A stretch of DNA of 64,000 nt. Origin: Camelus ferus (lineage: Eukaryota). Below the pieces are notes generated by a model. That model was given only the letters and a program-made list of their open reading frames with translations, was not told where the DNA came from and did no database searches. The first letter of the stretch is position 1, and every line of letters begins with the position of its first letter. Location: NCBI RefSeq assembly GCF_009834535.1, contig NC_045698.1, positions 12,278,001 through 12,342,000 on the forward strand, given 5' to 3'. Shown here piece by piece: positions 39,319 through 53,600 of this stretch. The translations under genes and the position numbers were made by a program.

Positions 39319-42300
39319 GCAGAGTTCTGATCAAAACCATTTTCCAAACAGGAGCATGAGGCACCGAATTGTGACGGTCCAACCCATTTTATAAATGAGG
39401 ACATGAGGGACTTGCCCAAGGTCACACACCCAGCAAGCAGCAGGACAGCACCCGAACCCAAGCAGTGGGCTTCCACGACCTTCCCCTCCAAAGCACGCTC
39501 TGTGGGGAGGTGCTCAGCCTCGGTGAACGAACACTAAGTTCCAAAGAGGAATGGACAGAATCCTGGTATAGTGTCCAAGCCTCCAAATCTCACATCTCTG
39601 CAAAATTTTTTTTTAGAGTAAACTTTGAAACGTGAAAAATAAGCTTTCCCCCTCCAGAAAAGATAATCCAGCTTCTATCCCTGGCTCAGCCAAGTAAAAC
39701 AAAGAATGGGTCCAAAAGACTGAATAATGCGAGGATCTACTCTGAAAATGCAGAAATTTAGCCTAGATCTCACCCTCACAGAACAGTTTCACAACACAGT
39801 AAATATTTTTTGGAAGCCAGCTAAAATGAACCCCAAGGAAAATATACACCATTTCAGTCCTTTCCCTTGCTCCCAAGTTAAGAAACATCTTCCTCACTAT
39901 TCAGAGAGTACCAGCCCCAGTCAAGTTTGGCTTGGCCCACTCAGTAAAAACAAAATGTTCTGCATTCCTTGTCAACACTTTACAAACTGGGGACATCTTG
40001 CAGAAATCTACATTATCTGGTCTCTCTTTTAAAACTGGACCTGCCAAGACAGAGCCTTAACTCTTTCAGGTCTGTGAGCTGGTTAACCACAGTCCCCACC
40101 ACTCCCTATAGTCCACAACCTGGATCATTTTACTCACCTTTCCTACCTGCCAGCCCTGAATTTGCAAGCCTTTTACATAGTGCCTCACACAGTCTGGGTC
40201 TCAAGACAGGTTTTGAAAAATGCATTATTTTGTACATAATGCCTCCATTCAGAGTAAGCTTTTGAAGGGAAGTGTTTAAATTATTTAATGGGCTTGTCAA
40301 GCAGTGCTCTTAATTAAACTTGGCTCAAATCAAAAGAAAATGAGTATGTTTTTAGACCCAGCTTGGGTATGATACATTAAATCATATCTTAATTCTGACC
40401 AAATGGCAGAATAAAAGCCCTTTTTAAAAGCATGAATTTTAGCCACCCAAGTGAGTAAGTATTCCATTTATAGCTGCCAGGGGTTAAGCCTTCCAACATC
40501 TTTCACCCACCACCCTGCCCCACCACTCACACACACGCCCCATGTCACCGCCTCGATATTGAATTTCAGCCTCCAGCAAGTCAGACTTTTTCCATTAGTT
40601 TGGTTTGGGATGAATTCTGAGCTGTAGGCACGCTTCCTGGCCAGCTGCCAAATGAACACCAGAATGCAAAGAAATTGTTTATTCCTCAGAAAATAAAGAA
40701 CTGATTCTATCTTCTCTTTGGTTTTCATAAAGTTCACCAAAAAGGAGCCTGCATTTCTCACGGTGCGTCCATTCTGTTGTGATTGATGTCTTAACCCAAA
40801 TCTCAAAATTAGCTGCTTTCTCCCCAGCTAAAAAACTATTCTCTTCAGAATTGAAAGGTGCTAGAAACAAATTTTTTAAAGGTACAAGCAGTTATCAGTA
40901 TCCTCTGAACACGTTTGCCCATTAATTGGAAAAATCCAAACCCTGAGAAACAATCAACTCGCCTTTGACTCGCAATAGACCAGACAGCTGTAAGCTTGGT
41001 ATGTTTGGAAGGAATCCAGGCCTTTGTGCCAGGAATTACTTGCCAACGTTTTAAACTGTGACTTTCTGCCTCTCCTTGCGCAGCCACCTGAAACTCAAGA
41101 CTGAATGATTAATTTCAAGTTTCATCCCCGGTGTCAGAGAACCTCCTTCTTCAAGGTCTGTGAATGAAGTCATCTTTTGGAGAAACTGCACCTGTAGGGT
41201 GGATCCTCTAGCCGAAGAAGGAAGAGGGGAATCTGTCATCATGGAGATGCCCCAGGATGGCAACGAGTCAGAGACTAGGGAGGAGGCCAGGAGGGGCCGG
41301 CTCCACGCAGAAGCAAGATCAACCCTGAGCAGTGGCCGGTGGTCAGAGCAGGGTCAGAGGTGTGATGTGCGATCTGGGCATGGCCAGGGGACCACAAGAT
41401 CTGGAGTCAGAACAAGAGAGACGAGCTGGAACTACAATTCATGTGCACATATGAAAGTTCAGAACTGAGGATGGAAAAATCAGAGCTCCAAGTACAAAAG
41501 GCAAAGCAAAGCCTAGCCCTGCAGGTGGGGGAGGGAGCCCCCAGGCACAGAAGGGTCACCAGTAGAAGGAATTACCTCCATAATGTGGGTTGCTTTCCGC
41601 ACCTCAATGTTGAAAACTTTAATCATCATCTCAGTCAAGGCAAGAAACAATAAACCACACTCAGCCAACCCCCAGCTTCTTAAAGGAAGCAGGTCCCTGG
41701 GAACATGAACTTGGGCAGTTAAGTTAGGTCAAGTAAGGCAGAGGCACACTAGCAACTTCTGTCTGACCTCAAGGAAACGATAAAGACTTAATATTCCAAC
41801 GTGAGGGCGGCTGGGCCAAGAAAGCTCACCTCACCGCTGATCCCACCTGCTGGCCGCACAGCCACTTTAATGATTCTGTGACCACATTTCCAAGGACCTT
41901 CATGAGTGTCTGCTAGACCATTCTATGAAGCTCACAGGCCCATTTGTACAAGAACCTTAATATCCACTCAGTGAATCTATGCTGTCAGAGAGTGGCCAGC
42001 AAAATGTCCACGACCATCTCCCAGCTGGGACCAGTGATGTCCCAGGAAGCCTACGTGGTCCATCGATGTCACTGTTAATTCTGCAGACTGGTTATTTCTG
42101 CTGAGTCCACAATTTTTGTTTTGCCTATTTGCAAATAGTGACTTTCTAGCCCCAGAAATGCCCTATGTTCAAGGAAGTCTGAGACAAAACACACCCTCGA
42201 CTGTGTACAGGAGCCATGAAAATAACCTTGAAATAGAGTCACTACCAAGCGTGGGATTCTGTGTCACTAGGAAAAGTTCACACATTCGACGAAACCCACA

Positions 42301-42384
42301 GCAGTCTTCCAGACTGGCAATCCGTCTGGCTGGGAGAACCATGATAAGCCCTGGAGATATCAACCTGGAGGAGAAGGAATGAAC

Positions 42385-42590
42385 ACGCAGGCTCTGGAAT
42401 CAGGCAAGAGACCTGGCATCTCGTCTACTAGCTGTGGGGCTTGACTGGGCACTTAAGCCCTCTAAGCCGCAGGCTGTTCAACTCCACATGGGATTGACTT
42501 TACTTGCTAACATGCAGAGCATTCAACGAGGTGACGTACAGAAAAGGCTCAGCATGGCACATGGCATCAAATAAGTGTCTCATCAATGTC
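42385..42590 (+). mobile_element. MIR SINE (degraded)
   Basis: caggctctggaatcaggc...tactagctgtggggcttgactgggcacttaagccctctaagcc...ggctcagcatggcacatggcatcaaataagtgtctca. Confidence 0.6.
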
Positions 42591-44415
42591 CACTACTACT
42601 GCTGTTGTCAGTTTTAGAGGTCTGTAGCTTCTTGGTAAATCTGAGGGAACTTTTAAGGTGCAGCAACTGATCAAGTGCACTTCCCAGCGTCCTCTGGTGC
42701 CCCCTCCGTGGAGTCACGGTCTCAGGAGGGCAGGAGTGGGAATCCCACCTACAGTGAGGTGACAGCTTTAGCACAGCCTTGGTCTCACAAGGATCCCAGC
42801 CCATCACACTCCTGCTGGCACAGCTGCACCACGTTGCAGTCCATCAACATCGGTCTTTTTGACGAGCAGTTATCTCTGAAGCAAAGAAATCACTCGCCAT
42901 ACTCCAGTCTCTTATCATTAATCTGAATTAACCAAGCTGGTGAATAAGGATGCGGTGCATGTCCCTCACCATGAATGGCTTGGTCCAGAGCGGTAAGTTC
43001 AAGCTTTGGTGATGATGTCATTGCTGAAGCCTCATTACCAACCTATCAAGCCCAGATTTCTATCATGAACCACGTTCAGAGTCCTTAATGCCACGGCAGG
43101 GTCAGTTAATGCCCAACAAATTATCCACTTAGTATATTAATGTTGTGTTAGACAGTGCTGTGGACTCTTGTTCTAGCAAATTAAGTATCCCATTTGGAGC
43201 CCTGAGGAGTCTTTATTTAACTGATTCTCAAGCAACAAACAAAACATGTACAACACTAAAGTTCATCAAGAAAGATGTCTCACCAGGTTAAAAAGCAACA
43301 AAGTCAATAGATAATAAGAGTATTTCCTTTTTTCGTCCAGCTGCCAGAGGTGGGGGAAAAGGTGAGGAGAAACATGAAAGGAACTCACTCCTACCATGCT
43401 GTATACTTTAAATATCTTACAATTTTATATGTCAATTATACCTCATTAAACCAAAACTAAATAGAGAGAGAGAGAGAAAAAAAAAAAAAAAACCCACCCC
43501 ACTCCTAAACCATAGATTAAATCCAGGAACTTTAAGATGAACCCAACCTAATTTCCCTCCTGCCTGAAGGTTTGATGAGAATAAGGGTGTGAACTTGTAA
43601 GTCATCTTTCACTGATTTTCAGCCAATAAAAGTTTTGCCTGCTGAGCCAAATGTCCTTACGAAGCTTTCGGTGATTCATTACCGTGTCTTGCAATTAAAC
43701 ATCACGCTAGGTGAAAATGAAGCGGAAAGAAAAAGCACACTCACTCATCAAAACTGGGAGAAGCGGAAAAGAAAAGAGAAGGTGTGGAATTTGTTGGTAA
43801 AGGTTCATTTATCCTGCTCAGAGAGGCTGCCTCTTGTATTACAAGGGTTGCTACCCCAAGCGCTTAGTGACTGAAATAATCAAATGACAGGCGAGGTCCA
43901 GAGAGCAGAGGGCAGATCTCGAATGCTGGCCCCTGCTAGCTTTCTTTCATCCCAGAAATACACACATCTGTTTCCTGGGCTTCCGTGACCAAACCTGCCC
44001 TAATGCTTATTCCTTTTGCTTTTTAGGATAAATGGAAGCTCATTGTTCAGGTCTAGAAAAATTACTTTATATCCCACTATATAAATATACAGGTTTGTTT
44101 ATAACACACACATTTTATTTATTTTTCGCTAATGCCACAGAAACATTTTGGAATAAAGATAAAACTATAATAAGATATGACTATAGACCTAGATACATAA
44201 TATAACTAAGCTATAATATAATTCAGATTATATTATACAATATAATTAAATTAAATTAATTCAATAATATTACAATAAATTAAAAATAAGATGACTATAT
44301 CATAGATACACCCCCACCCCATAAAAAGGAGGTTGCTTTAGTAGCAACAACTTTAGTTAAAACATGGAAAATTAAAATACAGAGGGGGATATGGAATCAA
44401 GTCAATCTTCTCCCT

Positions 44416-44635
44416 CAGGGCTTCTCAGTCTTGCCACTGTTGACACGTGGACTGAATCAATTTGTATTGCGTGGGACTGCCCTGTGCTTCTAGGATGTTC
44501 AAGAGCATCCCTGGTTTCTTCCCACTCAATGCCAGGAATCCCCTCCCCACACTGACAGTCACAAGCAAAAATGTCTCTGGACTTTGCTAAATGTCCCTAG
44601 GGAGGCAAAACTGCCCCCTGTTGAGAATCACTACT
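44416..44635. mobile_element. MER20-like DNA transposon
   Basis: cagggcttctcagtcttgccactgttgaca...aaaaatgtctctggactttgctaaatgtccctagggaggcaaaactgccccctgttgagaatcact. Confidence 0.8.
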
Positions 44636-45619
44636 TTACCTAAAACATAATTACATCCTTCGTAATGTACCCAGACCCTGGCAATGTCCAGAGTGTCCAC
44701 TTAATGACAAAGAATGTATGTGCTGATCCAGTCAGGCTAGTGCTTTTCTTTTTAAACTGCAAACTCTGTACCTCCTTAGGAATGAAAAACATTAGCAGCT
44801 ACCATCATCACCGCCTTAACTGGATTACAGCTCGGCAAAGTTGATTTCAATGTAGACCATTATCTACCTGTTAAAAAATCTCACATCAGTTGAAGGAAGG
44901 TCGATACCTAAAATAGTTTAAAATTTTAGGCTGTAAGCCTGAAACTGCTCTCAAAGAATAAAGTCTCTATTAAAATAAAAAAAAAAAGTAGTAGTACCCC
45001 TAAACTTGAATGAAACAGCACTTCATCTATACCTGCTGAGGAAGATGTGAGCAGCCGAAATGCCAGCTGAGTGCCACTTACATCTACAGGAGACAGAGCA
45101 ATCAGCTCCACAGATGACAAGCAAGATTCTCAAACTGCATATAGATTCCAAAGCAAACAAGCCTTCTTCCAACATCACTTCATGGGAATCTGGACTTCAT
45201 CAGAAACAGACAAAGCCAAGAAAAATGACTTAGGAAATTCAGTGTGACCTTTGCCTTCAGTAGAGATGCTCCCCAGAAACCTACAAGAATTTCATTGAAA
45301 CCATTCTCTGCATTGTCTCTCAGAACAGAACTCCTGCTATTCCTGTCACTCAGGATGAATGTCCAGTTGCTGCTGTCCCAGGAGCAATCAGAAGGACTGT
45401 GTCTTTGCTTTGTTTGATTATAGGAAAATTTCTACCCCTTGTTGCAGTCGTTGGCAAATTAGGTCATTTTTCTTAGGCTTGTATCACGTGACTTTGGTCG
45501 GCTCTCTGAGCAGCAGCAAACACACACTCCCAAAGCTCTCCACACAGATTCTATCCTCACCTCCTACGTGAACTACTGCCATCACCTCCAAATGAATTCA
45601 GGTGCCATGTGGCAGTCTA

Positions 45620-45815
45620 TCTTTGGGTCCAAACTCTGGTTCTACCACTTCCCAGTTGTGTGAACTTAGGCAAATGACTTAACTTCTCTAAGACTCTGTA
45701 TTTTCATATGCGAAATGGCACCAACCGTATAAAACTACTGGGCAGATTAAATGAATTAACCCAAGTTGAGACTTTAGCACAGTCTCAGCCCCTGGTGAGT
45801 GATCAATAAACTTTT
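45620..45815 (+). mobile_element. MIR SINE
   Basis: tctaccacttcccagttgtgtgaacttaggcaaatgacttaacttctctaagactctg...gattaaatgaattaa. Confidence 0.7.
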
Positions 45816-48800
45816 GCAAGTTAAAAAACTGCATAAAAGGAAATGCAGATGGCACGGATGATGCAATGGCCAAGCCACAGTGCAGAGTTCCATGTATTCA
45901 AATTGTTACCAAAATCCTACACTATAGTAAATCCTAAATCTACGTATTTCCTCCTTGGACAAATAAGCCATTGACTTGCATTAGAGAACACTGCTAGAGT
46001 CTACATTTTCTTTTCTTTAAAAGGTAATTTTGTCCAAAGCTGGGTGTGATAAAGGATATACCATTTTTTAAATTAGCTTCTAAAATTCCGCTTTCCTTGA
46101 GGAAACAGCTATTCAATTTCATCAAACATTTTATGATAATGCAAAAGAACACCCTCAAGGGACCTTTTATTCTTCTAAAGCTATATCCTATTTCCTTGTT
46201 TCACACGCACATACCAACTCCAGAGATTCCCACTGAGGGATCTGGTGGAGGTTTAAGGGGATTTTAAGAGGCTCAAAAGACATAACCTAAGTGATAACGT
46301 GGTATTTCCGACCCCATCCTCTCGTGGTAGGCCCTGGGTAAAGTAACCTAGTTCTCTGTGCCTCAGGGTAAAAGGAATCTACTGGATGTCTCAAAGGTAA
46401 TAGGTGAGTAAAGACGAGGTTACATTCCATGTGAAGAGCCATCTGAACTCCTTGAAAGAGGTTTTTTTCCATTTCAGAATCACCCTTTCTTCACACTGCA
46501 TACAATCCACAAAAAAGTGAGGCCTAAGGCAGCCAAGCTAGATGGATTTGTGCTCCCCATTTTTACTCTTAGAGCTGATGGCTTGTGTTTGAATTTTCTA
46601 TGGTAAAATATTGGAAAATAATGGCTATGGTGAGAAGACAGATGCACAAATTACCCCTCACAACATATGCAAAGAGCCCCAGACCTGCTTACTCTCCAAA
46701 ATACTGTACAGCAGAAGCCAGTCCTAATTTCACAACCAAGAGCTCGTTCTAACCGATGTTTTTCCTTCTGATATGTACGATGAAAAACAGGAGATATAAA
46801 AATACTTAGAGAAAAGAGACACTGGTCTTTTCGAAGAGAACCTTAAGAGAACATGGTTTTAGAAACTAAAATACAGTAAGCTCACCTCCCAGATCTGCCC
46901 AAAGGCACGAAGGAAACTGTTACAGCTGAAAAAGCTATGCTAACCAGAGAAGCAGCCAAGAATTTCAGTGCTCCTCAAGGTCTGAAGATTGCCAGAACTT
47001 ACGGTCCACACCTGACTTCATATCCTTGAAGTTGAACTTGGCATCTATTTTGGAGAGAATCCCCAAAGGAATGAAAATCTTATGGAAACGCAGTAAACCT
47101 AGAATTAATAAGGCAGTTTTCTGATGACCCCATCCTAACAATGCAAGTCTTGTGTAGAAAGGTGGGGAGTCTGCTTCCAACTTTTATCTTCTTAGGAAAC
47201 TGTAAGCAGCTCAGAAATACTGCCTAGGAAAGACTGCTTCTGTACGGCAAACAATACATCTACTAGATGTGTGCAAAAGCCTTTAGGCAGCATGGCCTTG
47301 ATAAAACACTTCATTCCCACACCAACAGCCTGCCTTAGTCAGAAAGCACAATGCTAAATCAAACATATATATGTATTACATATATACACATACACGTTCG
47401 TATGTACACACATATACATACATGATATATTAATCTCCTATATATAAACCATTTTAAACCAAAAAAAAAAATTATCTTTTACACTTGAGAAGTAACAGCT
47501 TACCTACTTGCTGCAGAAACACTAGTCACACTCCACACCATAAACTTGGTGGAAAAAACAAGACCAAGTGGACATTGGTCACAGAAAACAGGAGTTACCA
47601 CAAAAGGAAATCCTTATGTAGAGAAACCCTGTGACGTACACCCTAGGTGGTGGGAGCGGAGCACACGCGGCTCCCAAGGGCTCAGGGCTCACTCTCAGCT
47701 CAGATTCTCATTAGGAAAGGAAGAGGGTGGCAGTCAGGGGACCTGGGTGAGACAGCAGACCACAGGAGGCTGGCTCAGAAACCGGCGGTGAGCATCAGGG
47801 GAGTTCAGACTGCATGTCCTCCGGCTGGGGGAGCTGTCAAGTGGTCCCTCGCCCCAGGGATTAAAGAGGTAAAAAGAGTTCCTCTTCATGGGATTTACCT
47901 AAGTTTTCTCCCCCTGTGCCCAAGGCATGGGGCCAGAAACAGCAAGGAAGAGCCCGCGCCCAGTATAATATCTGGGAGATACTCCCCTTGCTTCTCTACT
48001 GGGCCCATTCACTGGGCATTCCTCCCCAACAGGCAAGACTGAGGACCAGAGCAAAGGCAAGGACCCCCAACCCTGCACCCCTAGGCTCCCAGCAGAGTGC
48101 ATTCTCGGGTCTGTGCAGGGTGACAAGCCTTTGGCTGGAGGCTGTGCCTTGTCTCCTCCACCCTCTCTGCTCACACCTTCCACCCAGATGACCCCTCCCT
48201 GCTACCACCACTACACACCCAACTCGAGTCAGGACACCTTCCGTGGCCTTGGAAGTCTGGACATACATCAAAGAAACCCCCTTCCGTCCGGGCCTGCTGA
48301 GATACTGATGGATGACCAGAATATCTTGTCGCACTTTTGTTCAGCGTCCCAAGAAGTCTGGGCTCTACTGAATGTCACCATCCATTTGCTCACCTGGCTG
48401 GTCCACGTGGGGCTGTCACCTGTTAAGATTGCGACCTTGACAGCCCAGCCATCAAAAGTTATTGATTTCATGAAACTTCTGTCTCAGGGAAAGAGAGCAC
48501 GAGTAGGAATCTGCTAGCTGGCAAGATGATAAGCAAGAGTTCAAATGCACTAGTTCTGACCAAATCGACCTTGAACTACTTGAGACAGTTACAAATCAAA
48601 AAAGTCTTTGACAACAGCACTTAAATCCACTACAAGGAATAAACCAGAAGGCCCACGAGAGTCTGAGCTCTCAACAGCCACGAAACAAACAGAGCAACTT
48701 ATTACACAAATAACTGCGAGCCTCAGAATGATAATGGAAGTCAGCACAGGTATCAGAAGGGTACCCATACACTGGGATAGCAGTGAGCAATAAAATGCAA

Positions 48801-48864
48801 CAACCACGGATGCCCAAAACACGGGTGGGTCTCCAGGGCGTGGGTGAAAAATGCCAACCTCACA

Positions 48865-49490
48865 GGATTTACACCGATTCCATTTCTGTAAGAGTCTCAA
48901 ATGACAAAATGATAGAGAACAGATTAGTGGTTACTAGGGCCTGGGGGGAGAGTGGGACTATTTCTTGGGGGGTAACACAAAAATGGGGGGAATTCTGTAG
49001 TATGATTGTGCTGGTGGTTGCACGGAACTGTACTGTGATAACATTGCTTAGAACTACACACGTGTGCATACAAGTGAGTGGATGTAAAAACTGGTGAAAT
49101 CAAGACACAGAAAACAAACTTCTGGTTACCAAAGGGGAAAAGGGAGGGAAGAGGGATAAATTAGGAGTTTGGGATTAGCATATACAAACCACTATATACA
49201 GAACAGATAAACAATAAGGTTTTCTGTATAGCACAGGAAACCATATTCAATAACTTGTAATAACCTACAATGAAAAACAATATGAAAAATATATATACGT
49301 ATGACTGAATCACTATGTTGTTCTCCAGAAATTAACACTACATTAACTACACTTTCCTGGCTGACATCCTGTACTCCTGTTACCTATTGTTATATAAGAT
49401 GTCACAACCAGGGAAGCTGGGTGACAGGTACACAGGACCTCCCTGTATTATTCTGGCAATATCTGAGTCTATATTAAAAAAAAAAAAAAA
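48865..49490 (+). mobile_element. Old L1MD/MC-like 3' end containing a younger L1 3'UTR insertion (~49102-49352)
   Basis: Old L1 motifs ctggtgaaatc and tttcctgg...ctgggtgacaggtacacaggacctccctgta flank a segment homologous to the younger L1 3' ends at 14.1, 16.5 and 22.2 kb. Confidence 0.75.
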
Positions 49491-50009
49491 GGCAAAGCAT
49501 GCCAGAATAAAACTGTACAAAATACATGGGGGAGAGGGCAATAGATACAACTTACCTCAATATGTTCTCAAAACTTGGAGAAGATATGATCTCCTTCTTT
49601 CTTAGTAGAGAACAACTATCATTTTGATTACTCAGTAAAATAAATATTTCTCCCATGCTTTATGGTGAGGACTCTGGGAACCAGATTTAAAACATCAGAA
49701 GGGAGACCAACAAAAGCCCTCGGGCAGATGGCACAGCTGGAAGTAAATATTCCAACCAGACACAACTTAGACGATAAATCGCGTCTAAGTGTCCAAGTCT
49801 CACGGGGAGAGTTTGGATCCTAAGTTGAATAAAATTTTCACACTGATAACTGCGGGGTCCCCATCACCCGAGGGGTGAAGAGTCATCAGGAATCAGCACA
49901 AATAAGGAGGGTGATGAAAGTCCCAGCAGAATCCAAATTTAAGCTCTGGCCATCAAAGCTTGAACATGGCGCTATGATTCTCAGCTACAGCGATTTTGCA
50001 TCGATCCCC

Positions 50010-50215
50010 CTACGTCCCTCCCCCTGGAGACACCTGCAAGGTCTGGAGATGCTTTTGGCTGTCACAGTTTTGGGGGGTGGAGGGGTGCGAGTGCCACTGG
50101 CATCTCAGGATCAGAGGCCAGGGATGCTGCTTCACGCCCTACAATGCACAGGACAGCTCCGAGCTACAACGACCGATCCAGCCGAAATGTCCAGAGTCCT
50201 GAGGCTGAGGAGACC
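50010..50215. mobile_element. MER20-like DNA transposon remnant
   Basis: gtctggagatgcttttggctgtcac...actggcatctcaggatcagaggccagggatgctgc...cctacaatgcacaggacagc. Confidence 0.7.
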
Positions 50216-50435
50216 TAGAAAGAGGGCACACTTGCCCACGTCCGAAAATCTGAGGCTGGAAAAATTTCCACACTGGAGATGCACCTTGGCCCTTAGCACA
50301 CATCAATAAAAGAACAAAATGTGGGCAGAAATAAACAGAAGCAAACCTGTATTAAATGACCACAGTATGCATCGTAAAAGGTGGAGTGTCATTTTCACCC
50401 AGCACTCAACACTTCCATTTTTTAAAGTCTGTGGA

Positions 50436-50613
50436 GGGGGAGGGTATAGCTCAAGTGGTAGAGCACATGCTTAGATGCACGATGTCCTTGGTTCAATCCC
50501 CAGTACCTCCTCTAAAAGTAAAAAATAAACCTAATTTATACATAAACCTAATTTATACATAAACCTCCTCCCCCCAAAAAAATAAAATTAAAAAAAATTT
50601 TTTTTAAAATAAC
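50436..50613 (+). mobile_element. tRNA-Ala-derived SINE (vic-1-like) with an internal 17-bp tandem duplication
   Basis: ggggagggtatagctcaagtggtagagcacatgcttag...gttcaatccccagtacctcc followed by an A-rich tail; TSD aaagtctgtgga (50424-50435) / aaagtccatgga (50614-50625). Confidence 0.88.
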
Positions 50614-53600
50614 AAAGTCCATGGAAAGACTTCCTAGATATAATTAATAAAAATAATAAGCCTTAAAGTGTCTCTCACTCACTCCTTCACACACACACAC
50701 ATAACACCCCCCTCAACAGTGCTGTATGTTACCTAAATCCCTGCAGCTAGAACCACCACCACATAACTGCTCTGGCTCAGGGTTAACTCACAAGGATACT
50801 TAATTACAATGCAAAGGAATGAGAATTAAAAACAAAAAATCCATACAAACTAGTCCCAACACAAACGGCCAATGGCTCCCTGGAGGGTGTAAAGCCAGGT
50901 CCCCTGTGTGCTTTGCCCTTAAATGAACAGCAGGTACAGTGCTGGGGTCTTCTGGGGGTCGGATATGAATGCACAGCCCTGCTTATAATTAACTGAGAAG
51001 AACGCCTCCCTCCTCCACTCTGGCTCAGAGAAGAACCTAACAGTGGACACAGAAACCCAGGATTATGTGCTGACTTCCTCCGTGAAACAATGCATGTCAT
51101 TAACTCTAATAAGAAGTTACAAAACCCCTGCCTTCGTAAATATATCATGACAGGGTGTCTCAGCCTTGCCTGGGTGAGGCTGGGCTCACAACCCTCAGAA
51201 AACTTGCTGCCAAACAGTCTAAGTAAAAATGCGCAAAACCCTTTGATCAAACATCTCCACTCCCGGAAAATTTTATCCTCAAGAAATAATCAGACAAGTG
51301 TGCAATGACCTGAGTACAAGAATGTACGTCTGCAGCCTTCTGTAAAAGCAAATATCTAGAAACCATCTAAAATGAACAAATAAGGTGATTTACATGCCTT
51401 TGAATGAGCAGGGCCACTCTTAGACCAGACACCTAGGACTCCTCCCTTGGGCTACAGGCTTTAGAGTGCCCTGTACATCACAAAGGGAAAAAAGGTAAAT
51501 AAACAGAAGCTCCGTATATAAAGAGTGAATCATGGTCTTTGACGGCAAATGATATTATCAATTTTGAACTTGGCAGTAGTGAGCAGCAATTATTTGATAT
51601 GAACTATTGTTTACTATTAACAATATCAGCAAAAGCTGCTAAAATCTCCCAAACTAATTTAGCCACTTCACTTTTTAAAAATGTGTTTTTAAAAACTTGA
51701 GAAAAATTTCCTCAATCAAATGAAACATGCATCAAAACTGGTAGTTCAAGAAAATATTAAAAAAAATTAGACGAAGGAAGTTAAAAAAATTTGCAGGACT
51801 AGGAAGAAAAACATTCACACAAGCATCATCCCTTACCACACCTTTATATATAGACTACTTTCTGGCCAAGATGCATTAAAGTTTAGTCTCATCTGAAAAC
51901 AGATTTTTAATGAATTCACTTCTGTCTTCATTTTCTTTATAGTATACAAAGGACTGAAAAGTTTGAGGAACAATTTAAGAAATAGGGAAAATTCACACTA
52001 TTAAAGACTTATATAATGAAATTAAAATACTTTACTTCCTGCAGTATCAATAGCCTGTATTCCTTTTTCCATCCAAATATTGCTGCATGAATTTGGTTAA
52101 CAATGCCAATAACTACTGTCCTGCCTTTGCAAGGCAAGCCTTCTTTAAATTGAAATCAAAGAACCACAGTGACTCAAGAAAGGATTTCTACTTTGGTGTT
52201 ACTGTCAATAAAACAAATTACTGTGAAACTCTTGACTGTAACCATATAATTAGTGATTCTGCTGAAATATGGGCAAGGAGAGTAGCTCTATGGAAAATTT
52301 ATTGTGGAGTCTGTGTCTGTTACTCATGCAGACATCACTGGCCCAGCAACAGAACACCCACACAGGTGCAACTGCGACTGCTTCCATCCATCCCGCGTGG
52401 TCTGACTTTCAGCAACAGAACCCGCCACTCTTGACATTTTTCAGTTGTATCCCAATGAAGCTTTATTTCTCAAATTAGGAGACCAGAAGACACTTACTTA
52501 CCAGTTTGGAAGCTTGATCTATAACTTAAATATTGAGATATGCGATATGGGGCTTCCTTTCATAACTCGTTCGTGCCCCTGGTCCTGTCTGCACACATGC
52601 GAGTTTCTTGGCATTTAAAGCTTTTCTCAATCAACTCTTAAGTGAAAAACATTCCAGGTGTCCTTTTACAGAAAGATACAGAGGCAGAGAAACCATATAC
52701 CACAAAACATTAAGAGTAGGGCTGGGGAAGTTTTTGCCCTTGACTTAAGGTGTTTTCTAAATTTTCTAAACTGAGTACACTTTGCAGGATTAAGGAGAGA
52801 AAAAAATGAATTTAAGAATGGCATGAAAGAGTAATATGGTAAATCTATGTTTATCAAAGCTTTTGTTTTTAAGAACATTCCTAATGCTAAATTTATTCCT
52901 AGTAACACAAATTTAAGTATCTACGAAGCTACTAAAACCCCCAAATCAATGGTAGCCGCACACATGAGCCTGCAGTCTACTAGATAAATTTCTTTTAAAC
53001 AGAACTTTTAACACACAAAGTCAGTATCAGGAGCAGATTCTTCAAAAAGTCCACCTCTCCCCAACAATGCACATTACAGTCAATGGACACTGCTTACATG
53101 TTATTAATTGACCCTCAAAAATGACACAAAAGAATCATAGTATTCTTTGGGGATCCAGTGTTAAGTAAGAGACCAAGTGAAAAAGCTACATTATATTCCA
53201 ACACCCCCAAAACTTACCTCGGCCCTTAAGTCACTCACAGGTAGTAAAGATAAACATTCCTACACCAAAGTACAAAAATTCAACCTTGCCCACCTTTTCT
53301 AATGTAAATCTCTCACTTTTTTTTTTTTTTAATTACCACAATTGTAAATGCTGTTATGCGGAGTCAGTTTTCACCCTGAAGAGCAGATACTGAAGCTGGA
53401 GGAAGGTAAGACCGTTTAAGTGCATACCCGCCAGCTGGTCCTGCCCTGCTCTGGCTCTGTTTCAAGAGCTGCGTCACAGCTTCGCCACAAGCACTCTGAT
53501 ACTTTCTCCCCCTGTAACTGGCAGAGTCAGATGATATGATGTCATGTGACATGAGAGGCTAGATTTAAACTGGGGACTCAAGTTTCTTACTTGATGCCTG

